Assembly (NCBI GenBank): GCA_937925605.1 | Contig: CALALV010000001.1 | Location: forward strand, 1,229-65,228 | Reading direction: 5' to 3' | Length of the DNA stretch: 64,000 nt | From: an uncultured Woeseia sp. | Lineage (GTDB): Bacteria; Pseudomonadota; Gammaproteobacteria; Steroidobacterales; Woeseiaceae | Part shown: positions 18,967 through 27,606 of the stretch, one piece after another | Layout: every line of letters starts with the position of its first letter | How positions within the stretch are numbered: position 1 is the stretch's first letter | Position numbers and translations under genes: made by a program | The notes under the pieces: generated by a model | Databases searched by the model: none | Told to the model about the DNA's origin: nothing | What the model saw: only the letters and a program-made list of their open reading frames with translations

Positions 18967-19407
18967 ATGACGACGAACAGCAAGCCGCGGAAGAAGACGC
19001 GTCGCGCCGCGAAGAAGAATGTGGCGAAGACGAAAAGCAGCGCCGCACCGCGCCGCCGCGCGGCGAAAAAGAAGACGCCGGCCGCGAAAAAGGCGACACC
19101 GCCCGAACTCGTGCTCGCGCCGCGCCTGTCGATTCGCGATGCGGCCGGTCTTACGCAGCAGCTCGAGGCCGGGCCGGCGCTCGTCGATGCGACGGCGCTG
19201 GAGTCGGTCGACACCGCCGTGCTGCAGCTGCTGGTCGCCTACGCCAACGCGTCGCAGCGGGCGGGCCGCAAGGTGCGCTGGAAAGACGCGGGTACGCTGG
19301 CCGCTGCGCTGCGCCTCGCCGGCCTTACGCAGTGCATCGAATTCGACGCGCCGGGTGCCGACACGGAGATCCCTGCGGACGAGGACGGGCTGTGTCCGGT
19401 CTTCTGA
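18967..19407 (+). CDS. STAS-domain protein with a Lys/Ala/Pro-rich N-terminal tail
   Basis: ATG at 18967 with GGAAAG upstream; the listed 18784 start is rejected. The first about 45 aa are SKPRKKTRRAAKKNVAKTKSSAAPRRRAAKKKTPAAKKATPP. The rest has a STAS pattern (LSIRDAAGL...VDATALESVDTAVLQLLVAY...LAGL). Confidence 0.6.
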   Translation: MTTNSKPRKKTRRAAKKNVAKTKSSAAPRRRAAKKKTPAAKKATPPELVLAPRLSIRDAAGLTQQLEAGPALVDATALESVDTAVLQLLVAYANASQRAGRKVRWKDAGTLAAALRLAGLTQCIEFDAPGADTEIPADEDGLCPVF

Positions 19408-19871
19408 ACAACAGCGCCTGTCTGCCCGGCGAAGAAGAGGGCGACCGCGCCCGTTTCCTCGAACTTTGTGCGTCGCAGCTGCAGACCGCTGTCGAGGACG
19501 CGAAGCAGAAGTCCGAGCTGGTGTCCCGGGCCGCGATTACGACCGCGGGTCGTCTTGCGGAACTCGGCGCGGCCGGGAATGCCGATGCCGCGGACGCTGC
19601 CGAGGCGATGAACAGCCTGTTCGTGCACCTGCAGTTCGCTGACCGGCTGGACCAGCAGGTCAGCAACGTACGCAAGAACCTGCTGCTGCTCGCCGGTTTC
19701 GTTGCCGGCGATGAAGCTGACTGGGCAGCCTTGCTCGAGCGCGCGCGGGGATCCTACACGATGGAGGACGAGCGGCGGGCGTTCGACCGGGCTTTCGGCG
19801 GACCTGCGCACGCGGCGGCCGCGGCGGACGAGAGGATCGAGCTGTTCGGCGGAGGCGGCAGCGATGACTGA
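19392..19871 (+). CDS. Hypothetical chemotaxis-cluster protein with a CheZ-like F-x-D-x-x-x-Q motif
   Basis: GTG at 19392 overlaps the STAS stop, and the stop overlaps the cheR start, suggesting tight translational coupling. High GC3. LQFADRLDQQV resembles the CheZ active site DFQDLTGQV. Acidic/hydrophobic C-terminus ADERIELFGGGGSDD. Confidence 0.5.
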   Translation: MSGLLNNSACLPGEEEGDRARFLELCASQLQTAVEDAKQKSELVSRAAITTAGRLAELGAAGNADAADAAEAMNSLFVHLQFADRLDQQVSNVRKNLLLLAGFVAGDEADWAALLERARGSYTMEDERRAFDRAFGGPAHAAAAADERIELFGGGGSDD

Positions 19872-20730
19872 CGCCCCGCACAGGCAGCGTCCCCCGAGCG
19901 GCCCGGTCCTGCCGGCGCGCCCGGAGCTGAGCGACGGCGCGTTCGACGGCATTCGCGGACTGCTGCGTGACAAGACCGGCATAGCGGTCAGCGAGACCAA
20001 GCGCCACCTCGTGTCGCGGCGCCTCGCGTCGCGCCTGCGGGAGCTGGACTGCGAGACCTACGCCGACTACCTCGCGTTGCTCGAAACCGGCGACGCAGGG
20101 GAACTGCAGGCCTTCACGAACGCGATGACGACTAACCAGACCTCCTTTTTTCGCGAGCGACACCACTTCGAGTATCTCGCCGACAGCCTGTTGCCGCAGC
20201 TCGACCGGGAAAAGCGGCAGGGCCGCCGGCGCCTGCGCCTCTGGTCGGCCGGCTGTTCCACGGGCGAGGAGGCCTATTCGATCGCGATGACGCTGCGCGA
20301 GCACCTGCCGGCGATCGACAGCTGGGATGCCCGCATCCTGTGCACGGACATCGATTCGAGCGTCATCGCGCACGCGCGCGAAGGGCGCTACAGCGAACGC
20401 CAGGTCGAGAGCGTGCCGGATGCGCTGCGCAATCGCTGGCTGGACCGCGACGGAGATACCTGGGTCGTGCGCGAGGGTCTCCGGGCGCTGACGGTGTTCA
20501 AGCAGCTGAACCTGTTGCAGGGCTGGCCGATGCGCGGCCCGTTCGATGCCGTGTTCTGTCGCAACGTGTTCATCTACTTCGAACGCGCGACGCAGCTGCG
20601 CCTGGTCGACCGCATCGCCGAGCTGCTGGACGACGGCGGCTACCTGTTCCTCGGGCACTCGGAAAGCGTCATCAACGCGAGCGAACGCTTCCGGCTGGTC
20701 GGCAAGACAATCTACAGGAAGGTGCGCTAA
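19864..20730 (+). CDS. cheR: Chemotaxis protein methyltransferase CheR
   Basis: TNQTSFFRERHHF, LRLWSAGCSTGEEAYSIAM, FCRNVFIYF. ATG at 19864. Confidence 0.9.
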   Translation: MTDAPHRQRPPSGPVLPARPELSDGAFDGIRGLLRDKTGIAVSETKRHLVSRRLASRLRELDCETYADYLALLETGDAGELQAFTNAMTTNQTSFFRERHHFEYLADSLLPQLDREKRQGRRRLRLWSAGCSTGEEAYSIAMTLREHLPAIDSWDARILCTDIDSSVIAHAREGRYSERQVESVPDALRNRWLDRDGDTWVVREGLRALTVFKQLNLLQGWPMRGPFDAVFCRNVFIYFERATQLRLVDRIAELLDDGGYLFLGHSESVINASERFRLVGKTIYRKVR

Positions 20731-21380
20731 TGGTCGCCCGGCCCGTCAACCGGCAGGAGTGTCCGCCGGCTCTGCCCGGATTCGAGCACGTGTCCCGCAG
20801 CTTCAACCCGGTGTTCGAGCAGTGGACCGCACGCGTGCTGCCCGGCCAGTTCTACGTGACGCGCGACGACGAGATCGTCACGACCGTGCTCGGCTCCTGC
20901 GTGGCCGCCTGCATACGCGATACGGAGCTGGGCGTCGGCGGCATGAATCACTTCATGCTGCCCACGGACGACGGCTTGCGCAACAACGACCCGGACGGCG
21001 GTGCCGCGCTGCTGACGCGGTTCGGCGTGGCCGCGATGGAGTCGCTGGTCAACGAGATCATGAAACTCGGGGGCAGCCGCGCGCGGCTCGAAATGAAACT
21101 GTTCGGCGGCGGCAACGTACTCGGCATGCCGGGCCAGCATGTCGGTATGCGCAACATCCGCTTCGTGCGGGAGTTCGCCCGTGTCGAGCGCATCCCGGTG
21201 GCGGCGGAGGACCTCGGCGGCGATGCGCCGCGCAAGCTCAATTACTTTCCGCGGACCGGCAAGGTCATGCTGAAGCGCCTGCGCTCGGCGCAGTCGGACG
21301 GCGTCGTCATGCGCGAGCGACAGTACCAGAGTTCCATCTGCGGCAACGACAAGACGGGGGCAGTGTACCTGTTCGACTGA
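20730..21380 (+). CDS. cheD: Chemoreceptor glutamine deamidase CheD
   Basis: TAATG overlap with cheR. VLGSCVAACIRD (catalytic Cys), GMNHFMLP (His), and a GNVLG...NI...V.E pattern. Confidence 0.85.
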   Translation: MVARPVNRQECPPALPGFEHVSRSFNPVFEQWTARVLPGQFYVTRDDEIVTTVLGSCVAACIRDTELGVGGMNHFMLPTDDGLRNNDPDGGAALLTRFGVAAMESLVNEIMKLGGSRARLEMKLFGGGNVLGMPGQHVGMRNIRFVREFARVERIPVAAEDLGGDAPRKLNYFPRTGKVMLKRLRSAQSDGVVMRERQYQSSICGNDKTGAVYLFD

Positions 21381-21395
21381 ACGGGTACCGGGGGC

Positions 21396-22484
21396 ATGAG
21401 GCGGCTGCGGGTACTGGTTATCGACGACTCGGCGCTGATGCGCCGGCTGTTGACGGAGCTGATCAATTCCGACCCCGGCGTGATGGTCGTCGGCACCGCG
21501 ACCGATCCCTACGACGCGCGCGAGAAGATCAAGGTCCTGCACCCGGACGTGCTGACGCTCGACGTCGAAATGCCCAAGATGGACGGCCTGCAGTTCCTCA
21601 AGAACCTGATGCGCCTGCGGCCGATGCCGGTGGTCATGATCTCGAGCCTGACCCAGAGAGGCGCCGACCTGACCTTCCGGGCGCTCGAACTAGGCGCCAT
21701 CGACTTCGTCGGCAAACCGCGGCTGAACGTCGAGCACGCGATGCAGGATTATGCCGAGGAAATCATCCGCAAGATCAAGGCCGCCGCGCTGGTCGACGTC
21801 GGGACGCTGCATCCGCCGCTGTCGCCGGGCGCGGTCGACACGGCGTTGCAGCAGGCCCTCGTGCTCGGCAAGCCGCTGCGCGACGAACACCGGGTCATCG
21901 GTATCGGCGCATCGACCGGCGGGACGGAAGCGATCCGGCAGCTGCTGCAGCACGCGCGCCCGGGCTGCCCCGGCATCGTCATCGTGCAGCACATCCCGGT
22001 CGAGTTCAGCGCCTCGTTCGCGGCCAGGCTCGACCGCAACAGCGACCTGGACGTCTGCGAGGCGCGCGCGGGCCAGCCGGTGCTGCCGGGCCACGCCTAC
22101 GTCGCGCCCGGTGACCGCCACCTGACGCTGAGCGAGGAGCGCGGCACGCTGTACTGCCAGCTCGACGACGGCGAGCGCGTGAACGGGCATCGGCCGGCCG
22201 TCGACCGGCTGTTCGCGTCGATCGCGCAGCACGCCGGCGCCCGCGCGCTCGGCATCCTGCTCACCGGGATGGGACGGGACGGCGCTGCGGGCCTGCTCGA
22301 GATGCAGAGGGCCGGGGCGGCCACGATCGCCCAGGACGAGGCCAGCAGCCAGATCTGGGGCATGCCGCGCGCGGCCGTGGAGCTGGGCGCCGCGGCGGAA
22401 GTGCTCGGCCTGGCCAATATTGCGACCCGGCTCGGGCCCGCGGCGGCCATTCAAGAATCGCTGGCCGTGGCCGATACGGTATGA
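21396..22484 (+). CDS. cheB: Chemotaxis methylesterase/deamidase CheB
   Basis: Receiver (VIDDSALMR, LTLDVEMPKMDG) plus esterase domain (GASTGGTEA, IVQHIP, GMGRDGA). Confidence 0.95.
   Translation: MRRLRVLVIDDSALMRRLLTELINSDPGVMVVGTATDPYDAREKIKVLHPDVLTLDVEMPKMDGLQFLKNLMRLRPMPVVMISSLTQRGADLTFRALELGAIDFVGKPRLNVEHAMQDYAEEIIRKIKAAALVDVGTLHPPLSPGAVDTALQQALVLGKPLRDEHRVIGIGASTGGTEAIRQLLQHARPGCPGIVIVQHIPVEFSASFAARLDRNSDLDVCEARAGQPVLPGHAYVAPGDRHLTLSEERGTLYCQLDDGERVNGHRPAVDRLFASIAQHAGARALGILLTGMGRDGAAGLLEMQRAGAATIAQDEASSQIWGMPRAAVELGAAAEVLGLANIATRLGPAAAIQESLAVADTV
22451..22477 (+). promoter_or_regulatory. Candidate internal sigma28-type promoter inside the 3' end of cheB
   Basis: TCAAGAAT-N11-GCCGATAC has the same 8+11+8 geometry as the other four sigma28 sites in the window. 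It lies 78 nt upstream of the second cheY. Confidence 0.35.
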
Positions 22485-22487
22485 GGT

Positions 22488-22510
22488 GGAGCCGGTTCGC
22501 GTCCGGCTCC
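22488..22510 (+). other. 8-bp GC hairpin between cheB and the second cheY
   Basis: GGAGCCGG-ttcgcgt-CCGGCTCC lies 4 nt after the cheB stop, with no U-tract. It could be a partial terminator or a 5'-UTR structure. Confidence 0.3.
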
Positions 22511-22554
22511 AGGGCGAAAACCATAGAGACGGAATCTCCAGGCAGGTAAGCGAA

Positions 22555-22917
22555 ATGAAAATTCTGGTAGTTGACGACAGCTCGGCCATGCGCATGATGG
22601 TCGTGCGGACCCTGCGGCAGGCAGGCTTCGGCGGCAACGACGTCGAGCAGGCGGAGGACGGCGCGGTGGCGCTGGACAAGATCCGGGCCAGCTGCCCTGA
22701 TCTCGTGCTGGCCGACTGGAACATGCCGAACATGACCGGCATCGAACTGCTGGACGCGCTGCGCGCCGAGAACAACGAGGTGGACTTCGGCTTCATCACC
22801 ACCGAGTCGACCCAGGAAATGCGCAGGAAGGCGACCGACGCCGGCGCGAAATTCCTGATCTCCAAACCCTTCACCGTCGAGTCCTTCGAAAAGGTACTCA
22901 GCCTGGTCATGAACTAG
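22555..22917 (+). CDS. cheY: Second CheY-like single-domain response regulator
   Basis: MKILVVDDSSAMR, LVLADWNMPNMTG, FITTE, SKPF. ATG at 22555 (listed ORF start 22420 rejected). Confidence 0.85.
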   Translation: MKILVVDDSSAMRMMVVRTLRQAGFGGNDVEQAEDGAVALDKIRASCPDLVLADWNMPNMTGIELLDALRAENNEVDFGFITTESTQEMRRKATDAGAKFLISKPFTVESFEKVLSLVMN

Positions 22918-22936
22918 GCGCGGAGGGCGGCAATTC

Positions 22937-23401
22937 ATGAGTACCAGCTACGTCATGCCCGAGCCGAAGGCGATTTCGGCCCTGCTCGAGATGATCTTCG
23001 GTGACGGCGTCAAAGTCGACAAGGCCGCGGCCGACGTCACCGGCAAGACCGTGGCCACGTTCGTCGACGACAGCGACCGGCTGGTCGCGCTGTGCGCCTG
23101 CGACGACCAGTTCGTCGGCTACTCGGGCGGCGCGCTGTCGATGATCCCGCCGGACGCCGTCAACGAGATCCTGGCGGGTGGCGAGATGACGCCCGTCATG
23201 CGCGACAATTTCTACGAGGTGATGAACATCTGCTCGAAGCTGCTGATGTCCGATTCGAGCGCGCACCTGCGCCTGCACAAGACGCTGCCGGCGGAACAGG
23301 CAGGCGCGGCGATCGCCGAGCTCGAGGCGGCCACGGGAATCGGCTTCCAGGTCGACATCCCGCGCTACGGCGCCGGCTGCATGCACTTCCTCGTGACCTG
23401 A
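22937..23401 (+). CDS. Hypothetical protein, candidate CheX/CheC-like CheY-P phosphatase
   Basis: 154 aa, directly after cheY. DNFYEVMN fits the CheC/CheX/FliY signature D/S-x3-E-x2-N, with a Pro 21 residues later (the consensus is x22-P). Confidence 0.5.
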   Translation: MSTSYVMPEPKAISALLEMIFGDGVKVDKAAADVTGKTVATFVDDSDRLVALCACDDQFVGYSGGALSMIPPDAVNEILAGGEMTPVMRDNFYEVMNICSKLLMSDSSAHLRLHKTLPAEQAGAAIAELEAATGIGFQVDIPRYGAGCMHFLVT

Positions 23402-23413
23402 GGCGGCCGGCCT

Positions 23414-24229
23414 TCAGCGCCCGGCGGGAGCCTCCAGGCCGGATGGGCAGTCGCCGAGATCGACCAGCTCGACCCGGCGAAACTGGATAGGGTGACCCTC
23501 GCTCTGCAGCGCGATAAAGCCGCCCGGCAGCCGCGCGCCGGCGCGCAGCAGCGATTCGTCGTGTCCCGAGACCACGCCGCCGCCGGTCGTCGGCCGTGCG
23601 TACTCGAGCACGGCCTCGCCTCCGACGTAGTGGACGATGCGTTCGTCACCCAGCACCAGGGCCTCTGCCAGCACCCATTCGTCGCCGTAGACGGTGGGCG
23701 CGGCGGCCTCGATGCAATGCTGCTCGACGCGCTGACCTCCGATCACGACGTGCGTGCCGGGCGTGCACAGGTTGCCTGTCGGTCGGGCCACGCCGGGCTC
23801 CAGGCCGCCGAGAAACTGCAGCTCCAGCGAAATCGGGAAGTCCTGGTCGCGGCGCATCGAGCCCGGCGACTGGGCGTGCAGCATCGCGCCGCTGTTACGC
23901 CATGCCCACGCGGGCGCGCCCGGCGCAGGCTCGGCGACGAAACGGTATTCCACGCGCAGGCGGTAGTGGCTGAACGGCCGCGCGTAAAACAGGTGGCCGA
24001 AGCGCTCGTCGAAACGATCGTAGCCGTCGTAGCTGACCGTCAGCAGCCCGTCCTCGACCCGGAACGTGTCCGCGAAGTTTTCGCCGGCCGGGTAGCCGCG
24101 GATCTTCGCGGTCCAGCCGTCGAGATCGCGGCCGTTGAACAGCGGCTGCCAGTCGCCGTCGCAGCCGGCCCGGGCGGGCAGCGCGACGCAGAGCGCCAGC
24201 AGGGCGAGGCTCAGGCGTGCGGCGCCCAA
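23414..24229 (-). CDS. Secreted DUF1080 (3-keto-disaccharide hydrolase-like) protein
   Basis: Signal peptide, then WQPLFNGRDLDGWT...FRVEDGLLTV...GFIALQSEGHPIQFRRVELVDL, the typical DUF1080 begin/end pattern. Confidence 0.7.
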   Translation of the reverse strand: MGAARLSLALLALCVALPARAGCDGDWQPLFNGRDLDGWTAKIRGYPAGENFADTFRVEDGLLTVSYDGYDRFDERFGHLFYARPFSHYRLRVEYRFVAEPAPGAPAWAWRNSGAMLHAQSPGSMRRDQDFPISLELQFLGGLEPGVARPTGNLCTPGTHVVIGGQRVEQHCIEAAAPTVYGDEWVLAEALVLGDERIVHYVGGEAVLEYARPTTGGGVVSGHDESLLRAGARLPGGFIALQSEGHPIQFRRVELVDLGDCPSGLEAPAGR

Positions 24230-24858
24230 GCGCGCTCGCCCGCTTCGTAGGGCACGCAGGGATCGTAGCGCCCCGGCGTTTCCGCGTAACGCAGCGCCTG
24301 CGTGTAGCCGATCTCGGACGTGAAGTAGCCGAGCAGGGCCAGCTCTTTCATCATCCGGAAGAAGTGCGGGGGCTCGCCGTCGGCGCGCGCCTGCGTCGCG
24401 GCGTACTGCTCGGCGTCCAGAGCCTCGAGCACTGCGAGGCGTTCGGCGCCGGTCGCGGCCATGAACGTCTTGCCGTGGGCGGCCCCGGTCCGTTCGTCGA
24501 GTTCGACGAGGCCGTCGCGGAACACGCGCTGGTCGTCCGGCCAGTAGCAGTCGCTGACCATCAGCGCCATGAACGGGCCGACGCCGGCGGCCTTCGCGCC
24601 GGGCGTGTCGGTCTCCGGCAGCAGCGTGTCGGCCATTTCGTCGAGCAACGCGACCTCGTCCGCCGTGAACAGGCCGACGCCGGCACCGGTTGCCGGCGGC
24701 GCCTCGGCCGCGCGTTCGCAGCCGGCGAGCAGCGCGGCCTGTCCGACCAGCGCGCTGCCGCCGAGCAGGGCGGCGACGCGCTTCAGCATTTCCCGGCGGT
24801 TGATGGTCACGGGCGCTACGTCTTCGTCTGCCATGTCCTCACTCCCTGTCCTGTTCAC
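24211..24858 (-). CDS. Gluconate 2-dehydrogenase subunit 3-family small subunit with a Tat signal
   Basis: Twin-arginine motif INRREMLKRVAALLGGSALVG. GTGA overlap with the upstream GMC gene. Confidence 0.7.
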   Translation of the reverse strand: MNRTGSEDMADEDVAPVTINRREMLKRVAALLGGSALVGQAALLAGCERAAEAPPATGAGVGLFTADEVALLDEMADTLLPETDTPGAKAAGVGPFMALMVSDCYWPDDQRVFRDGLVELDERTGAAHGKTFMAATGAERLAVLEALDAEQYAATQARADGEPPHFFRMMKELALLGYFTSEIGYTQALRYAETPGRYDPCVPYEAGERAWAPHA

Positions 24859-26552
24859 AGGTTGCCGCGCTTCAGTTCGCGCACGGCGTAGTCGGCCGCG
24901 CGGGCGGTCAGCGCCATGTAGGTCAGCGACGGGTTCTGGCAGGCGGAGGAGGTCATGCAGGCGCCGTCGGTGACGAACACGTTCGGCGCGTCCCAGACCT
25001 GGTTCCAGCCGTTCAGTACCGAGGACTTCGGGTCACGGCCCATGCGCGCGGTGCCCATTTCGTGGATGCCCATGCCCGGCGCGTAGTCGTTGTCGAAGGT
25101 GTGCACGTCGCTGACGCCGCAGGCCTCCAGGATCTCGGCCATGTCGTTTTGCATGTCGCGCCGCATCAGCTTCTCGTTCTCGCCGATCTCGCAGTGCATC
25201 TTCAGCACCGGCAGCCCCCACTTGTCGGCCCGCGTGTCGTCGATGCCGATCCAGTTGTCGTGATCGGGCAGCATCTCCCCGAACGCCGTGGCGCCGATGC
25301 GCCACTCACCCGGCTGCGCCATGCGGTCCTTGAAATCGCCGCCAACGCCGAGCTCGCGCACGGCGCGCTGCCAGTCCTGGCGGCTGGCGCCGCCCTGCAG
25401 GCCGAAGCCGCGCAGGTAGTCGCGCTTGTCGCCGAACAGGTTGCGGAAGCGTGGAATGTAGAATCCGGTTGGCCGCGAGCCGAAATAATACTTGTCCGCC
25501 ATCTCCGGCATGCTTCCGGACGCGCCGACGCGGAAATGGTGGTCCATCAGGTTGTGGCCCAGTTCGCCCGAACTGCTGCCGAGTCCGCCGGGCCAGACGT
25601 CGGTGGCCGAGCGCATCAGGATCCAGGTCGAGTTCAGCGCGGAGGCGCACAGGAACACGATCGGCGCGCGGTATTCAGTGGTCTTGTCGCTGACGGCATC
25701 GAGCACGCGCACGGCACTCGCGCGCCGGCGATCGCGGTCGTAGACCAGCTCCGTCACGATTGACCAGGGTTTGAGGGTCAGGCGGCCGGTCGCCATCGCG
25801 GCGGGCAGCGTCGAGGACTGGGTGCTGAAGTAGGCGCCGTAGGGACAGCCGAGCCAGCACGCGTTGCGGTACTGGCACGGCGAGCGCCCGGGCAGCGGCT
25901 GCGTCAGGTTTGCATTGCGGCCCGGTATGATGCGCCGCCGGCCGCCGAAATGGCTTTTCAAGCGCTCGGCGACGACTTCCTCGGCGCAGTTCAGCGGCAT
26001 CGGGGGCTGGAACTGGCCGTCGGGCAGCTGCGGCAGGTTCTCGATCGAGCCGGCGATGCCGGCGTGGCGCTCGACGTGGTCGTACCACGGCGCGATATCG
26101 GCGTAACGGATCGGCCAGTCGACGCCCACGCCGTCCTGCGCGTTCGCCTCGAAATCGTACTCGCTCAGCCGGTAGCTCTGCCGTCCCCACATCAGCGAGC
26201 GGCCGCCGACCTGGTAGCCGCGGAACCAGTCGAAGCGCTTCAGCTCGGTGTAGGGCGAATCCCGGTCCGAGGCCCACCAGTCGAGGTTGGTCTCGTTCAG
26301 TGGGTAGTCGCGCTTCAGGACCGGGTAGGCCTTCTCCATCGCGACGGTGCGCTCGCCGCGGTGCGGGTACTCCCACGGACCCTTGCGCGCGTTGACGTAG
26401 TCCTTTACGTGCTCGACGTTCTTGCCGCGCTCGAGCAGCAGGACCCGGAGACCCTTCTCCGTCAGTTCCTTGGCGGCCCAGCCGCCGGATATGCCGGATC
26501 CGACGACAATGGCGTCGAATGTCTCCTGAGCCACCCGTTGCCCCCGTAGCAC
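24855..26552 (-). CDS. GMC-family FAD oxidoreductase (glycoside/glucoside 3-dehydrogenase-like catalytic subunit)
   Basis: FDAIVVGSGISGGWAAKEL Rossmann FAD motif; C-terminal GIHEMGTARMG...NVFVTDGACMTS...NPSLTYMAL. No signal peptide of its own. Alternative GTG start at 26534. Confidence 0.85.
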   Translation of the reverse strand: MLRGQRVAQETFDAIVVGSGISGGWAAKELTEKGLRVLLLERGKNVEHVKDYVNARKGPWEYPHRGERTVAMEKAYPVLKRDYPLNETNLDWWASDRDSPYTELKRFDWFRGYQVGGRSLMWGRQSYRLSEYDFEANAQDGVGVDWPIRYADIAPWYDHVERHAGIAGSIENLPQLPDGQFQPPMPLNCAEEVVAERLKSHFGGRRRIIPGRNANLTQPLPGRSPCQYRNACWLGCPYGAYFSTQSSTLPAAMATGRLTLKPWSIVTELVYDRDRRRASAVRVLDAVSDKTTEYRAPIVFLCASALNSTWILMRSATDVWPGGLGSSSGELGHNLMDHHFRVGASGSMPEMADKYYFGSRPTGFYIPRFRNLFGDKRDYLRGFGLQGGASRQDWQRAVRELGVGGDFKDRMAQPGEWRIGATAFGEMLPDHDNWIGIDDTRADKWGLPVLKMHCEIGENEKLMRRDMQNDMAEILEACGVSDVHTFDNDYAPGMGIHEMGTARMGRDPKSSVLNGWNQVWDAPNVFVTDGACMTSSACQNPSLTYMALTARAADYAVRELKRGNL

Positions 26553-26633
26553 CTAGCGTGCCCACGATCATACGTTCATCGGCCGGCATTGGATACCGTC
26601 GCCAGTCGCCGTGCGCGCTGCTAGGATCGCTGC

Positions 26634-27581
26634 ATGCGCCAGTTCCTCGCGACGATCCTGCTGTGCCTCGTGCTGACGCCGGCCTGCGCCGCCGAACGGC
26701 CGGCGCGCGGCTTTGCCGACGATCTGCTCGGGCGCTGGGACCTGCGCGTCGCCGGCGACGACGGCGAGTACCCGTCCTGGGTCGAGCTGCGCCTGCGCAC
26801 CGAGTGGCAGCTGATGGCGCGCTTCGTCGGCCGCTTCGGCAGCACGCGCTACACCGACGACGTCGAGTTCGCCGACGGGCGCCTGCGGCTGCGCGTGCCG
26901 GTGCAGTACGAGCCCGGTCCGGGCGCGCTGGAATTCGAGGGCGAACTGCGCGATGGCGGCCTGGCGGGCACGCTCATCGCGCCCGGCGCAGAAGCGGTCC
27001 CGTTCACGGGCGAGCGGGCTCCCGCGCTCGAGCGGGCCGGCGTGCCGGAGGCCGGCAACCCGCTCGCGCTGTTCGACGGCGTCTCGCTCTCAGGCTGGCG
27101 GCCGCGTCACGCCGCCCATGCGGGCTGCTGGCAGGTGGCCGACGGCGTGCTGCGTGCCACGCCGCCCTGCGTCGATCTCGTGTCCGTGCCGCGCTTCGAC
27201 GACTTCCGACTCGAGGTGGAATTCCGCTACCCGGCGGGCAGCAACAGCGGCCTGTACCTGCGCGGCCGCTACGAGCTGCAGATCCAGGACGACCACGGCC
27301 TGGCCGTCGACCCGCTGCGCATGGGCGGTGTCTACGGCTTCATCGCCGCGGCCACGAATGCCGCGCGCCCGGCCGGCGCGTGGCAGCGCTACGACGTCGA
27401 GCTGCGCGGTCGCCGGGTCACGGTGGCGCTGAACGGCACGACGGTCATCGCCGGGAGCGAGATACCGGGGATTACCGGCGGCGCGCTCGACGCCGAAGAG
27501 GCGGAACCGGGGCCGCTGATGCTGCAGGGCGACCACGGGCCGATCGAGTTCCGCCGGATCGTGCTGACGCCGCTCGAGTAG
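26634..27581 (+). CDS. Secreted DUF1080-domain protein with an extra N-terminal domain
   Basis: Signal peptide MRQFLATILLCLVLTPACAA. LFDGVSLSGWRP...WQVADGVLRA...NSGLYLRGRYELQIQD...GPLMLQGDHGPIEFRRIVLTPL. Confidence 0.7.
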   Translation: MRQFLATILLCLVLTPACAAERPARGFADDLLGRWDLRVAGDDGEYPSWVELRLRTEWQLMARFVGRFGSTRYTDDVEFADGRLRLRVPVQYEPGPGALEFEGELRDGGLAGTLIAPGAEAVPFTGERAPALERAGVPEAGNPLALFDGVSLSGWRPRHAAHAGCWQVADGVLRATPPCVDLVSVPRFDDFRLEVEFRYPAGSNSGLYLRGRYELQIQDDHGLAVDPLRMGGVYGFIAAATNAARPAGAWQRYDVELRGRRVTVALNGTTVIAGSEIPGITGGALDAEEAEPGPLMLQGDHGPIEFRRIVLTPLE

Positions 27582-27606
27582 CGGTGCAGAGGCCCCGCGC
27601 GGCGTT

